Source: a virus
Direction: 5' to 3' (one strand)
Length of the DNA stretch: 64,000 bases
IMG/VR virus record: IMGVR_UViG_3300027704_000015
Location: 1 to 64,000 of that record
The notes below the pieces were generated by a model, which made no database searches, had not been told where the DNA came from, and was given only the letters and a program-made list of their open reading frames with translations. Of the stretch, positions 28,373-38,338 are shown one piece after another. The position numbers and the translations under genes were made by a program. Each line of letters begins with the position of its first letter. Positions within the stretch are counted from its first letter, which is position 1.

Positions 28373-29170
28373 ATGAGTAAATTTAGCGTAGTTCAGAATT
28401 TTATATGTGATATACCTCAAAGACTTGAAGTTATTAGAAATAATACTCCAATAGTAGCGTCTGTATGGGGTGATTACGAATATTTTGTAAACTTTAATTC
28501 TAGTATAAATTTGAATGAAGTACATGCAATATATAAAAAGAGTTTACCTAAACTTAATTTTTATAATAACCTAGAGAAGGATTGGGCAAGTATTACACTT
28601 GCTCTTGTTAATCAAGTAAATACATCATATGTTATTATGCTTAATGAAGATATGCAGTTTAGGATGGATAAAGAGCATTGGGATAATATTGTTCATGAAT
28701 GCTTTATTGATAATGATGTTAGTTATATGTTGCTTAATAAAATCGGTAAATATAATCAAGAACCGTATGTAAGTGGAGAGTTTCCTGATCCTAATAATCA
28801 AGCAGCACACGCTACAATAAGAGGGTGGGGTCAATACCCTGCTCCTAAGTACAAGCAAGGAAAGCATGTATATTTTTATGATAGTAAATTTGCTAGACAT
28901 AAAAGGGTATCTATGGATGCAGTTTATAAAACAGAATGGTTAAAGGAGAGGTTAGAAGAATTTATTCTTAAAGGAGATGCATGTAAGCATGATATACCTC
29001 ATAGGCATAAACATATACCTCACTTCTATGAAGGTTATTATGACTTTAATAATGGAATGTATAGATTTGGAGACATGAAGTGTGCAATACCGAGAAACAA
29101 TATAATTGACCATTATGAAGAAGTAAAGCAGAACGAATTTCATCACCTATATAATAAACAATCAATATAA
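28373..29170 (+). CDS. Hypothetical, possibly GT-A glycosyltransferase-like
   Basis: VNTSYVIMLNEDM resembles the GT-A DxD strand. Confidence 0.35.
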   Translation: MSKFSVVQNFICDIPQRLEVIRNNTPIVASVWGDYEYFVNFNSSINLNEVHAIYKKSLPKLNFYNNLEKDWASITLALVNQVNTSYVIMLNEDMQFRMDKEHWDNIVHECFIDNDVSYMLLNKIGKYNQEPYVSGEFPDPNNQAAHATIRGWGQYPAPKYKQGKHVYFYDSKFARHKRVSMDAVYKTEWLKERLEEFILKGDACKHDIPHRHKHIPHFYEGYYDFNNGMYRFGDMKCAIPRNNIIDHYEEVKQNEFHHLYNKQSI

Positions 29171-29192
29171 TTAATAAATAAAAAGAAAGAAT

Positions 29193-29711
29193 ATGAAAAA
29201 AGTATTATTAGCACTATTAGTTTCGCTTGGACTACAAACACAAGCACAACAAGCAACACCATATTTCTGTTGTGATTCAATCACATACTGGACAGATCAA
29301 AGTCAAGGATTTAGTATAGGTCTTGATACATCAGGAATAATACATAATCCAGACTCTATGTTGGTATTGTGGCAAGTATGTAATTCAAATACATGTTATT
29401 CAGCAGATGGAATGTATGCTTATTTCGGACAGGTATTGACAACAGATACATTGAAGGTTTGTTACGATGTTATGATTTGGGAAGCAGGTATAATGGAAGT
29501 ATGTACTAGATGTGATTCATTAGTATTTGATCAAAATACATTCACATGGATGTTATATAATTCACAAGGTAATACAACTGGAATTGAAGAGTTAATGAAG
29601 AATGAAGGTGTGTATAATACAATGTATGATTTACAAGGTAGAAAGATTAACCTAGCTCCTACAGGAACAATGTACATCAGAAATAACAAGACATATATTA
29701 GAGTAAAATAA
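29193..29711 (+). CDS. Secreted Cys-containing protein with short T9SS-like C-terminal domain
   Basis: Signal peptide; TGIEE...MYDLQGRKI...GTMYIRNNKTY. Confidence 0.7.
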   Translation: MKKVLLALLVSLGLQTQAQQATPYFCCDSITYWTDQSQGFSIGLDTSGIIHNPDSMLVLWQVCNSNTCYSADGMYAYFGQVLTTDTLKVCYDVMIWEAGIMEVCTRCDSLVFDQNTFTWMLYNSQGNTTGIEELMKNEGVYNTMYDLQGRKINLAPTGTMYIRNNKTYIRVK

Positions 29712-30349
29712 TGAAAAAGATATTATTAACATTAGTATTAGGGTTAGGATTACTGACAGCTGATGCACAAACAAACTTAACTACTGCAGTTGATTTTACA
29801 GTAACAGATGTACATGGTGAAATATATAATTTATTCTCTATACTAGATGGAGGTCAACATGTAATACTTGATTTTTTCTTTACTACTTGTGGACCTTGTA
29901 TAGCTTCGGTCCCAACTCTAAACCAATCATTTACAGACTATGGGTGTAATTTAGGTGAAGTATTTTATATTTCAATAGATGCTGGTGATACTGATGCACA
30001 AGTTCTCCAATATGAATATGATTACGGAGGACTTTTACCTGCAGTTAGTGGAATAGATGGTGGAGGTGATGCAGTAAATTCTACATATGGAATTGGTGCA
30101 TATCCAACAGTGGTTTTAATTGCACCAGACTATACAATAATAGAACAAGACATATACCCTGTTACAAATATAACATCAACATTAATGAGTGCAGGATTAA
30201 ATATGTCATCTTGTAATTTAGTATCAATAGAAGAATTATCAGTAGAAACTATAAGTAACAGTAAACAGTATGATCTATTAGGTAGAGAGTTGATAAAAGT
30301 TACTAAAGGAACTATATACATTCAGAATAAAGAATTAAAGATTAAATAA
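29711..30349 (+). CDS. Secreted redoxin/TlpA-like thiol-disulfide oxidoreductase with T9SS-like tail
   Basis: DFTVTDVHG, LDFFFTTCGPC, YPTVVLIAPD; C-terminal YDLLGRE...GTIYIQN. Confidence 0.8.
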   Translation: MKKILLTLVLGLGLLTADAQTNLTTAVDFTVTDVHGEIYNLFSILDGGQHVILDFFFTTCGPCIASVPTLNQSFTDYGCNLGEVFYISIDAGDTDAQVLQYEYDYGGLLPAVSGIDGGGDAVNSTYGIGAYPTVVLIAPDYTIIEQDIYPVTNITSTLMSAGLNMSSCNLVSIEELSVETISNSKQYDLLGRELIKVTKGTIYIQNKELKIK

Positions 30350-30903
30350 TGAAAAAGATATTATTAACATTAGTATTAGGGTTAGGGTTACTGACAGCTG
30401 ATGCACAGATAGACAGATTAGCAGGACCAAGAATTGGATTCACATTATTAACACATGGTAGTTCAGCAGACTTTATCAATGATAGGTCATCTGAATACAA
30501 TGGATTTGATGAGGTTTATACAGAAGGTCAGAAGATGGCATTCATATCTCAATATGGATGGCAATGGGAAACAAGATTTGTAGACAATGGTGAAGTAGCA
30601 GGATTAGTAGAATGGGTAGTTGTTGTAGGTGGAATGGAGCAAGGAATGTTCTTACCAGCAGTATCATCTTTAGTAGGAATAAGAACAGGTAATGGAATGG
30701 AAGCAGCAATAGGACCTAACTTATCTTTATCAGGTATTGGAATGGTATTTACAATAGGAAAGAACTTCAAATCAGGAGACTTAAACTTTCCAGTAAATAT
30801 AGCATTTGTGCCAGGTAAAACTTCAGCATGGGGTGATGGAGGAGATCCAACAGGAGCTAGAATATCATTGATACTTGGATTCAATATGAGCAATAGTAAG
30901 TAA
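30349..30903 (+). CDS. Secreted/outer-membrane protein
   Basis: Signal peptide identical to previous gene; amphipathic beta strands. Confidence 0.6.
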   Translation: MKKILLTLVLGLGLLTADAQIDRLAGPRIGFTLLTHGSSADFINDRSSEYNGFDEVYTEGQKMAFISQYGWQWETRFVDNGEVAGLVEWVVVVGGMEQGMFLPAVSSLVGIRTGNGMEAAIGPNLSLSGIGMVFTIGKNFKSGDLNFPVNIAFVPGKTSAWGDGGDPTGARISLILGFNMSNSK

Positions 30904-31029
30904 TGAGAAGAGATGAGCAAGCAATGTATGCATTAATGATACCATGGTTATTTATAATTGGAGTATGTGGTATAATGATTATAGCAGTAGCATTAGATTT
31001 AGTTTTTAACTTAGGGCTAAGTAACTGAT

Positions 31030-31497
31030 ATGAAAAATATGAATTCAAGATTAGGGTATACAATAGTTGTAACATTCTGGGTTATAATTTTAATAGCATT
31101 AACTAGTTGCAATGGCACATACTATTTAACAGATGCAGAGTATATAGATGCAAGAGAAGATCACGCATCTATAACATATTACAATAGTCAAATATATTGG
31201 GGATGGAATAATGGATATTATTACTATTATGGAATACCTCATTACTATCCTTGGACATACTATTATAATACATGTCCACCATCACATCATACAACATCTA
31301 CACATATTGTAATTAGTAGACCTGTTAACAGGCCAACACATAGACCTAATATACCAACACATAGACCAACTATAAAAACCAATTCTAGTAGGAATATCAT
31401 AAAGACTAATAGGAATATCATAAAGACTAATGTCAAGACTAATGTCAAGACTAATAGAACAAACAAAAAGGTTACTAATAGAAGGAGACCAAAATAA
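31030..31497 (+). CDS. Lipoprotein with Tyr-rich and Arg/Pro/Thr/Asn-rich repeats
   Basis: Lipobox LTSC; tandem DNA repeats of 21 bp and 12 bp at 31389-31454. Confidence 0.65.
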   Translation: MKNMNSRLGYTIVVTFWVIILIALTSCNGTYYLTDAEYIDAREDHASITYYNSQIYWGWNNGYYYYYGIPHYYPWTYYYNTCPPSHHTTSTHIVISRPVNRPTHRPNIPTHRPTIKTNSSRNIIKTNRNIIKTNVKTNVKTNRTNKKVTNRRRPK

Positions 31498-31883
31498 TGG
31501 GATTTCATAAAAGACATATAAGTAATGATCAGGTAATTGATATATTTAGAAGTCAAGGTATAACTGGTGTAGAAGATTGGTACACTAGAAAGGTAGATGC
31601 AGTTATAACTGAAGCAGGTCTAGCATCAGATATATATGATATAATGCATATTCCAGGAATGGATCAAGCTAACACATGGAAAACAATATCTGATATGATT
31701 ATGAATGAAAGGTATTATGATAGATTAACAGAAGCTGAGCAAATTGAAGAAATACTTCAAGAAGCAAATGGATATGGATTAAGACCAGAGGTAAAGCAAT
31801 GGGCAAGACAATTTATAGATAAAGATCCTAAATTAACTAAAATAGCTGCATATCAAATGAGCTATGATGAATGGGTAAAATAA
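31497..31883 (+). CDS. Hypothetical phage protein
   Basis: ORF, TAATG coupling. Confidence 0.55.
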   Translation: MGFHKRHISNDQVIDIFRSQGITGVEDWYTRKVDAVITEAGLASDIYDIMHIPGMDQANTWKTISDMIMNERYYDRLTEAEQIEEILQEANGYGLRPEVKQWARQFIDKDPKLTKIAAYQMSYDEWVK

Positions 31884-32464
31884 TGAGCAAAGAAACACAA
31901 GCAAGAGATGTAGCACTTAGTGAATATAATAAATTCATGGACAAGTATAAAGCAGGGGTAGAATCAGGTAACATGAAGCTAATGCAGCATATGTTACGAT
32001 TAGAAGCTGATAAGATTAGAACACAATCTATTGTAGATGCAGTAGAGAAATCAGAAGCAGGTATTGATGGTGGTGTATATGACTTTGAAGATACTAAGAT
32101 GAAGCTACAAATGGATTCAAACGAGTACAGGCAAGATCAAGCTAGAGAACAAGCATTTGTTAAGATGGCTACTAAAGACACTACTAAGGAGGAGCTAAAG
32201 CAAGCACCTATCAGTATTGGGGACCCTGATAAGATGGATGCATTTAGAATAGATCCATATGATTTTGGTCAAATAGCTAAATCAACCCCTGCTAAGGAAG
32301 AAGTTAAACAGGCTCCTTCTGTTACACCAGCAGTTACAATAGATCCAGTTACAGGTAAGAAGGTATACAATGGTCCAAAACTACGAAATAAAAGAATAGT
32401 TGATGGAAAGGAGTGGGATGAATCTCACCCTAACTTCATGGACAAAGGTGTGGGAGGGATGTAA
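31883..32464 (+). CDS. Hypothetical phage protein
   Basis: TAATG-coupled start at 31883. Confidence 0.55.
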   Translation: MSKETQARDVALSEYNKFMDKYKAGVESGNMKLMQHMLRLEADKIRTQSIVDAVEKSEAGIDGGVYDFEDTKMKLQMDSNEYRQDQAREQAFVKMATKDTTKEELKQAPISIGDPDKMDAFRIDPYDFGQIAKSTPAKEEVKQAPSVTPAVTIDPVTGKKVYNGPKLRNKRIVDGKEWDESHPNFMDKGVGGM

Positions 32465-32527
32465 TCTTCGAAGAAGCGACGCCCGAAGAGAAATACTAGG
32501 TTACATACACTTATAAAGGAATAAAAA

Positions 32528-32854
32528 ATGAAAGAAATGATTAAAGATAGCACAATAATATTATTATTGATAGCAGCAGTATATTTGAGTGTGATGGGAA
32601 TTGCACAAGTAAACAATGCTCATGACAAACAGACAACGGATTGGACAGGAACAACTCAAGGTGTACAGGATACAATGACAGAAGCAGAGTTGATGTTGTC
32701 AAAAGAACCGGATTGCATCTACTATGACACAACACATTGGCAACAAGAAGAAGATAGTGTCAATGCATACATGAGACATTGGTATGAGGTGTTGGATACA
32801 AATAGTGATGGTGAAATAGATAATGATAGTATAATAGAATGGTTGGAGGAGTAA
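32528..32854 (+). CDS. Membrane-anchored protein with EF-hand-like loop
   Basis: N-terminal TM; DTNSDGEID. Confidence 0.5.
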   Translation: MKEMIKDSTIILLLIAAVYLSVMGIAQVNNAHDKQTTDWTGTTQGVQDTMTEAELMLSKEPDCIYYDTTHWQQEEDSVNAYMRHWYEVLDTNSDGEIDNDSIIEWLEE

Positions 32855-32858
32855 ACAA

Positions 32859-33005
32859 ATGGAATGGATGAAAATAGTAGGTTGGATATGGGCAGGATTG
32901 ATAGTATGGTGTGCATGGGAGTTCTTTACATCACCCACAATGCCAGCAGATTACAATGAGGATGGAATTAATCCAGATTATGAGGAGATTCAGGATGATG
33001 AATAG
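32859..33005 (+). CDS. 48-aa membrane protein (below ORF-track cutoff)
   Basis: MEWMKIVGWIWAGLIVWCAWEFF + acidic tail; GGAG upstream. Confidence 0.55.
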   Translation: MEWMKIVGWIWAGLIVWCAWEFFTSPTMPADYNEDGINPDYEEIQDDE

Positions 33006-33393
33006 AGCAGATTGGTTGAAGTTGAGAAATAGATTTACAGGCGATTTATGGTCATTTATAGTGTGGGCATGTATAGGTTGGGGAGCCACCGAGATGATTG
33101 TGTGGTTGACTGCAATACCAAGACCTCAGGTGCAAACATTCTTCTCAGGAGCATTCACTATGTTTGTGGTGTTAACCTTGTTGGGTGCTTGGAGATATGC
33201 TCAAGCAGAGAAGTTGAGACATGCGGCCATGGATCAGTTCATTGCGGATCAGAAGATGGATCAAGACAAACAAGCCAAGATCGATAAAGAGGTGATTGAA
33301 AAGCTCCAAAACGAGCATAACCTATCAGGTACTGAGCAGGATCGAAGGCTTAAAAGCTTGGAAGCAGCCTTGAAACATTTGAGAAAGAAATAG
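32995..33393 (+). CDS. Two-TM coiled-coil protein
   Basis: Start revised to MMNRADW, overlapping previous stop. Confidence 0.55.
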   Translation: MMNRADWLKLRNRFTGDLWSFIVWACIGWGATEMIVWLTAIPRPQVQTFFSGAFTMFVVLTLLGAWRYAQAEKLRHAAMDQFIADQKMDQDKQAKIDKEVIEKLQNEHNLSGTEQDRRLKSLEAALKHLRKK

Positions 33394-33395
33394 CG

Positions 33396-33596
33396 ATGGC
33401 AACATATATAATGGCAATAAAGACTAGAAATGCAGGTGATCAAACTTTGAACTCACAGATATGGAGAACAGAAGCTGATGGATTGAGTGAAGCGAAAAAG
33501 TATTTTGTGGAACTCAAACAGTTGAAAGAGGAGGACTTTGATAGAATGTTTATAGTTACTGAAATAAGAAAAGATGGAAACAATGAGAACGGATAA
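33396..33596 (+). CDS. Hypothetical phage protein
   Basis: ORF in operon. Confidence 0.5.
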   Translation: MATYIMAIKTRNAGDQTLNSQIWRTEADGLSEAKKYFVELKQLKEEDFDRMFIVTEIRKDGNNENG

Positions 33597-33942
33597 ACAA
33601 TATACAGACTCCATGAAGATGTTGTCTATAGGATGGTGTGGAATAGTGATGACAATACTCCTACTGTTAGCAACACAATGTACACCCATACAAGCACAAA
33701 CCATATACGAGGTGGAGTATAAGTCACAAGCAAACATCATACTATATAAGACACAATACCAATCACAAGCTGATTATAGCTACTATATTACAGCATACCC
33801 ATCACAGGCAAACACAAGTAGAAATCATTGGTATCAAGTACCTTATAAGTCACAAGCTGAACTGCTGGTATGGTGGACAAGGCATCCCAATCAAGCTCAT
33901 CACAAGGTGTGGCAAGCAAAGTATCCTTCGGAAACCCGATAA
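33574..33942 (+). CDS. Secreted repeat protein, DUF6150-like
   Basis: Signal region then repeated YxSQA units. Confidence 0.6.
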   Translation: METMRTDKQYTDSMKMLSIGWCGIVMTILLLLATQCTPIQAQTIYEVEYKSQANIILYKTQYQSQADYSYYITAYPSQANTSRNHWYQVPYKSQAELLVWWTRHPNQAHHKVWQAKYPSETR

Positions 33943-34212
33943 ACACCAAGAGTTCCATCCAAGCTCCTTCTTCATTACAAGTCTAACCCTTGAGCAGATC
34001 ATAGCTATACAAGGTAGAAAGGGGGCTAAGTTCAATAAAAGTATTACTATCATTCCAAATAATCATGTCGAGAGAATAAGGGCTTTCTAGTTTTCCTCAT
34101 ACTTATTTACATAGTATAATATAGGTCATACAATTAACTTGTATAGAAGACAGATAAAACAATCATGTACGTGTCTGTCGTGAACCGAATTTTTATATAG
34201 GAGTAAATTATT

Positions 34213-34734
34213 ATGGGAAGAATGTTTGGAACAGGGAGAGAGCCCTTAAACCTACTCAAATCAAATATCATTTATGGTATGGCTAATAGTAAAAGCAATA
34301 TGGAGGCTGCTAGGTTCTTGAGGATATCCTACCCCACCTACAAGAAATATGCCAAGATGTACAAGGATGATGCTACAGGTACCAGCTTGTTTGAAATGCA
34401 TAAGAACCAGCAAGGCATAGGGGTAGCTAAACCTTACAATGTCAAGAAAGGAAAATACAGCATGGAGGATATCCTGGAGGGTGCTTATCCAGAGTATCCT
34501 GTAAGTAATCTTAAGAAAAGAATCATAACCAACTCCATCCTCGAGGAATGCTGTGACAATTGCAGCTTTCAGGAGAGGAGAGTAGTGGACTATACTGTAC
34601 CCTTGCTCCTGGACCATATGGATGGCGATAGAACCAACCATAGACGCTGGAACCTTAGGATGTTGTGTTATAATTGCTACTACCTGATGGTGGGTAACAT
34701 CGGTGGACGTCCAGTCAACACAGATAATCATTAA
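34213..34734 (+). CDS. HNH endonuclease with N-terminal HTH
   Basis: SNMEAARFLRISYPTYKKY; CDNC...LDHMDGDRTNH...NLRMLCYNC. Confidence 0.85.
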   Translation: MGRMFGTGREPLNLLKSNIIYGMANSKSNMEAARFLRISYPTYKKYAKMYKDDATGTSLFEMHKNQQGIGVAKPYNVKKGKYSMEDILEGAYPEYPVSNLKKRIITNSILEECCDNCSFQERRVVDYTVPLLLDHMDGDRTNHRRWNLRMLCYNCYYLMVGNIGGRPVNTDNH

Positions 34735-34737
34735 ATT

Positions 34738-34770
34738 AGTTGCTTATCCGAGATATATTTCGTATCTTTA
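34738..34770 (+). promoter_or_regulatory. Bacteroidota-type promoter with no downstream ORF
   Basis: agTTG-N20-TATCTTTA. Confidence 0.75.
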
Positions 34771-34847
34771 TAATATAAATCAATTGGATACCCTAATAGA
34801 TCGGGGGAGCGCACCTACTATTTAATTTTTCACCCCACCCTTAACTA

Positions 34848-34880
34848 TAAAGATACGAAATTAAATGCAGGGAGGCAACT
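34848..34880 (-). promoter_or_regulatory. Bacteroidota-type promoter on minus strand
   Basis: Reverse complement agTTGcctccctgcatttaatttcgTATCTTTA. Confidence 0.75.
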
Positions 34881-35080
34881 AAATCCATGTTTATCTTTGT
34901 CTCAATAGGAGTCATGCGGTGGAGGGGGCGGGGAACCCAAGGCTTAATAACTTTCTGATAACTTTCCGGGAGAGAGTTGCCACCGATGTAACGCCTTGAG
35001 TATGAACTAGTTAGCGGCGCTCAGTTTAAACACAAAGGTTTAATAACTTTTGCAAATTAACTCAAGATAACTGTGGGATT

Positions 35081-35113
35081 AGTTGTAGATATGCAGATTA
35101 TTTCTTATCTTTA
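35081..35113 (+). promoter_or_regulatory. Bacteroidota-type promoter
   Basis: agTTG-N20-TATCTTTA. Confidence 0.8.
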
Positions 35114-35153
35114 GGTATAAATAAAGCGGAGATACTAATTAAATTACAATAAA

Positions 35154-35435
35154 ATGACAGAAACACACTTACCAAAGACTACAGACATGTTACACACGTT
35201 AACACTGGAGCAATTAAACGAATTACAAGGACAGATCACACAGATGATCCAGTTAAAACAGCCATCCTTAAGGGTTGGAATGAAATGCGAGGTAAGATCT
35301 CCTAAATTGGAAGGGTTAGAAGGTATGATCATCAAGGTGAATAGGACTAAATGTAAGATACAGTTCGATAACAGTGGACAATTCAAGAGAGACACTACAT
35401 GGAACGTGCCAAAAGACATGATAATCTTAAAATAA
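35154..35435 (+). CDS. Small SH3/KOW-like protein
   Basis: LRVGMKCEV...GMIIKVNRTKCKI...WNVP. Confidence 0.5.
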   Translation: MTETHLPKTTDMLHTLTLEQLNELQGQITQMIQLKQPSLRVGMKCEVRSPKLEGLEGMIIKVNRTKCKIQFDNSGQFKRDTTWNVPKDMIILK

Positions 35436-35445
35436 ACAGTGAAAC

Positions 35446-35478
35446 AGTTGGAGATACGAGATATTTTTCGTATCTTTA
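35446..35478 (+). promoter_or_regulatory. Bacteroidota-type promoter
   Basis: agTTG-N20-TATCTTTA. Confidence 0.8.
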
Positions 35479-35527
35479 TGTATATAAAGAGGGAGGAAGC
35501 TCCTAGTAATAATTAAAAACTAAATCA

Positions 35528-36709
35528 ATGAGTGCAATCAACGAACTATTAATCGGCTACTACAGACCGGAAATGTTTACAACTACAACTATCAAGGTGT
35601 ATAACACCGATGGCAAGGAATGTCATACCAACAACTATCCTCACAAGCTATGGAGCAATCTTAAGAAGTCGGCTATGGCGGAAGGCAAGGCTCTACACTA
35701 TACAGGTGAAGGCTGGAGGAAAGTGGATATGACTCATTACCTACAAGCTCAGATGGAGGTGAAAATACCTGAACCAGCTCCAGAGGTACCAACTGAGCAT
35801 GCTGAACTTCTCAACCTTATACATACATCATATGACCTTAAACCTAAGGGCTTGAAAATGAACGAGTTAAAGTGGAAGTATCTGATGAGATCAGGTATGA
35901 GAGGTAAAAATATAATGATGACAGGTCCAGCTGGATGTGGTAAAACGATGGCTGCTAAAGCTCTAGTTAACGCATTGGATAGACCTGACTTCTATTTCAA
36001 CCTGGGAGCTACTCAAGATCCAAGAGCTACCCTAATAGGTAATACTCATTTCAATAAAGAGCAAGGCACCTACTTCTCAGAGGCTTTATTTGTTAAAGCT
36101 ATTCAGACCCCTAACGCAGTAATACTATTGGATGAGCTATCAAGAGCTCACCCTGATGCATGGAACATCTTAATGACGGTACTTGACTCAGGTCAAAGGT
36201 ATTTACGTTTAGATGAAGCTTCCACACAAGCTACTATCAATGTAGCGGATGGAGTAACCTTTATCGCAACCGCGAACATAGGTAACGAGTATACGTCGAC
36301 CAGGGTGATGGATAAGGCTTTGATGGATAGATTCACAATTATCGAGATGGACCTATTGAGCGCATACGATGAAGCAGAACTGCTGAAATATATGTTTCCG
36401 TTAGTAGCTAGCAAGGATATTGAAAGCATTGCGGGCATCACAGATCTAACTAGAAAGGAATGTAACAATGAAGAGTCTAGATTATCCAGTCCAATAAGCA
36501 CACGTACAGCCGTAGAGATGACTTCCCTTATATACGATGGCTTCACGTTACAAGAGGCGTCAGGTATTACTATCTACCCTCAGTATAGTACGGATGGAGG
36601 GGTAGACTCAGAACGCACATTTATCAAGCAGATAGTTCAGAAGTTCTGTGATGATGGTACTGAGAAGGACCTATTCAACGTGGATGAAGAGGCAGGTCAA
36701 GAGATATAA
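35528..36709 (+). CDS. MoxR/CbbQ/CobS-type AAA+ ATPase
   Basis: Walker A GPAGCGKT, Walker B ILLDE, IATAN, ALMDRF, ISTR. Confidence 0.9.
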   Translation: MSAINELLIGYYRPEMFTTTTIKVYNTDGKECHTNNYPHKLWSNLKKSAMAEGKALHYTGEGWRKVDMTHYLQAQMEVKIPEPAPEVPTEHAELLNLIHTSYDLKPKGLKMNELKWKYLMRSGMRGKNIMMTGPAGCGKTMAAKALVNALDRPDFYFNLGATQDPRATLIGNTHFNKEQGTYFSEALFVKAIQTPNAVILLDELSRAHPDAWNILMTVLDSGQRYLRLDEASTQATINVADGVTFIATANIGNEYTSTRVMDKALMDRFTIIEMDLLSAYDEAELLKYMFPLVASKDIESIAGITDLTRKECNNEESRLSSPISTRTAVEMTSLIYDGFTLQEASGITIYPQYSTDGGVDSERTFIKQIVQKFCDDGTEKDLFNVDEEAGQEI

Positions 36710-36713
36710 TATA

Positions 36714-36899
36714 ATGATAATCAATGAGTTAGCAAGGCTGGTAGGTATAGAGAGGACAAGGTTCCAAAGTAACTGCAAGGTGAAAATAGACAAGGACTTC
36801 AAAAACCCAACGGCCAAGCTTACTCATGGATTTTCAAGAGATCTAAAAAACAGGGATTGCACTCCCAAGAGACGGGTAACCCAAAGTGGCGGTAATTAA
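36714..36899 (+). CDS. Small hypothetical protein
   Basis: ATG just after AAA+ stop. Confidence 0.4.
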   Translation: MIINELARLVGIERTRFQSNCKVKIDKDFKNPTAKLTHGFSRDLKNRDCTPKRRVTQSGGN

Positions 36900-36932
36900 C
36901 TCCACTAAGGGGGACTTGGTCCCTAAACACGG

Positions 36933-36967
36933 CACACTGTGGGTTGTGTGTCGAGCATGGTTTTTTG
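36933..36967 (+). terminator. Possible terminator hairpin
   Basis: cggcacac/gtgtgtcg stem followed after 7 nt by T7. Confidence 0.3.
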
Positions 36968-37111
36968 GTATAGGTAGTTCATACGTTACAATGTGTTGAA
37001 CACATGAGTATAGAAAGTAGATATATAAAGAACAGGTGCACTGTTTGTTGAGAGACAAAACGGGTACTGAGATATAAAGAGTAAAAAAAATTGAAAACAA
37101 AAAAATTACAT

Positions 37112-37348
37112 ATGGAAACTAAAGAACACATACACTTACAGAAGCTTATAGCATTAGAGGAACGAATAGAGCTCTATTATATATGTAATAGTGAGGAGGA
37201 CAAGGAAGGGAATCAAGGATTCATTACAGACTTGCGACGTAAGTGCATGAAAGATACCACTCATAGAATAGGAAAACACTACATGCAGACTATGAACCAT
37301 CTGTGGCATCAATATAAGATAAATGGTAACATGAAAGAAACAATATGA
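37112..37348 (+). CDS. Hypothetical phage protein
   Basis: ORF, ATG start. Confidence 0.5.
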   Translation: METKEHIHLQKLIALEERIELYYICNSEEDKEGNQGFITDLRRKCMKDTTHRIGKHYMQTMNHLWHQYKINGNMKETI

Positions 37349-37662
37349 CAGTAAAAGAGGTATACGCTATACTCAAGGAGCTTGAGGATCATGTTGAAGA
37401 TACATGCTGTACAGTGACCATGGATTCAGAAGATGTAAAGGATTTAATAACAAAACTGAGAAAGGCGATACACGCTTACTCTCAAGAAAAGTAATAATAA
37501 CGAAAGAATAAAATATGACAACAATCACAATGATAACCGTAGGTGCCCTAGGCTTTGCTTTGGGCCTGTATGTAAGCTCTCAAATCATGGCACACATCAA
37601 CACCAGTACCAGTAACGAGAAGCTTATGGACAACATCAACAAATGGGACAAGAGAAAGAACA

Positions 37663-37974
37663 ATGACTAGACATGAACAAGAGATGTATCGAAATATCGA
37701 GCGTATAGCTGTAGCTCTAGAGACTATAGTAGTACAAGGCAAGGACCAGAAGCTTGCACAATTCAAGAAGGCCACCAATCTGATATACGGCAATGAACCT
37801 ACTGGTCAATCAGAGCGTACGTCAATGGGTAGCTTTCAACCGGATATTCAATCCCAACTGGATGAACGTATATACCAGGAGTCACAGGCTATAACTGGTG
37901 GTGAGTTTCAAACCTGGTACCATGCTTTGACTCCTGACGAACGAGAGTCGTATGGTCGTGTGTATAGTCACTAA
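37663..37974 (+). CDS. Hypothetical phage protein
   Basis: ORF. Confidence 0.55.
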   Translation: MTRHEQEMYRNIERIAVALETIVVQGKDQKLAQFKKATNLIYGNEPTGQSERTSMGSFQPDIQSQLDERIYQESQAITGGEFQTWYHALTPDERESYGRVYSH

Positions 37975-38001
37975 CATCAGTATACAATTCGCACTGCATT
38001 T

Positions 38002-38034
38002 AGTTGCTAGTCTCAACTTTTTTTCTTATATTAA
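38002..38034 (+). promoter_or_regulatory. Bacteroidota-type promoter
   Basis: agTTG-N20-TATATTAA. Confidence 0.65.
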
Positions 38035-38062
38035 TATAAATTAAACAATCAATAGAACGCTT

Positions 38063-38338
38063 ATGAAATCAGCTCAACAACAAGACATCAGTCTACTCAA
38101 CATCAACCTATCAAATGCTCGTTCAGAGAACGAGTCTTACGAGGACTACCGCAATAGATTGAAGACCAGCAAACAAATACTTAAAACTTACTTCACACAC
38201 GGTAGAGAAGGTTTTCGTACCATGTTCCCTAACGGTGTAGCAGATGCTATGCAACAGGCACAAGCACAAGATCAACAGGAGATGGCTACCGAACAAGTTC
38301 AAGTGCCGGGGTCACTTCACTTTGGAGACAATGAGTAG
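38063..38338 (+). CDS. Hypothetical phage protein
   Basis: ORF behind promoter. Confidence 0.55.
   Translation: MKSAQQQDISLLNINLSNARSENESYEDYRNRLKTSKQILKTYFTHGREGFRTMFPNGVADAMQQAQAQDQQEMATEQVQVPGSLHFGDNE

Noticed and set aside
34945-35080. DnaA boxes
   Set aside because: Only loose matches to TTATCCACA; not distinguishable from AT-rich background
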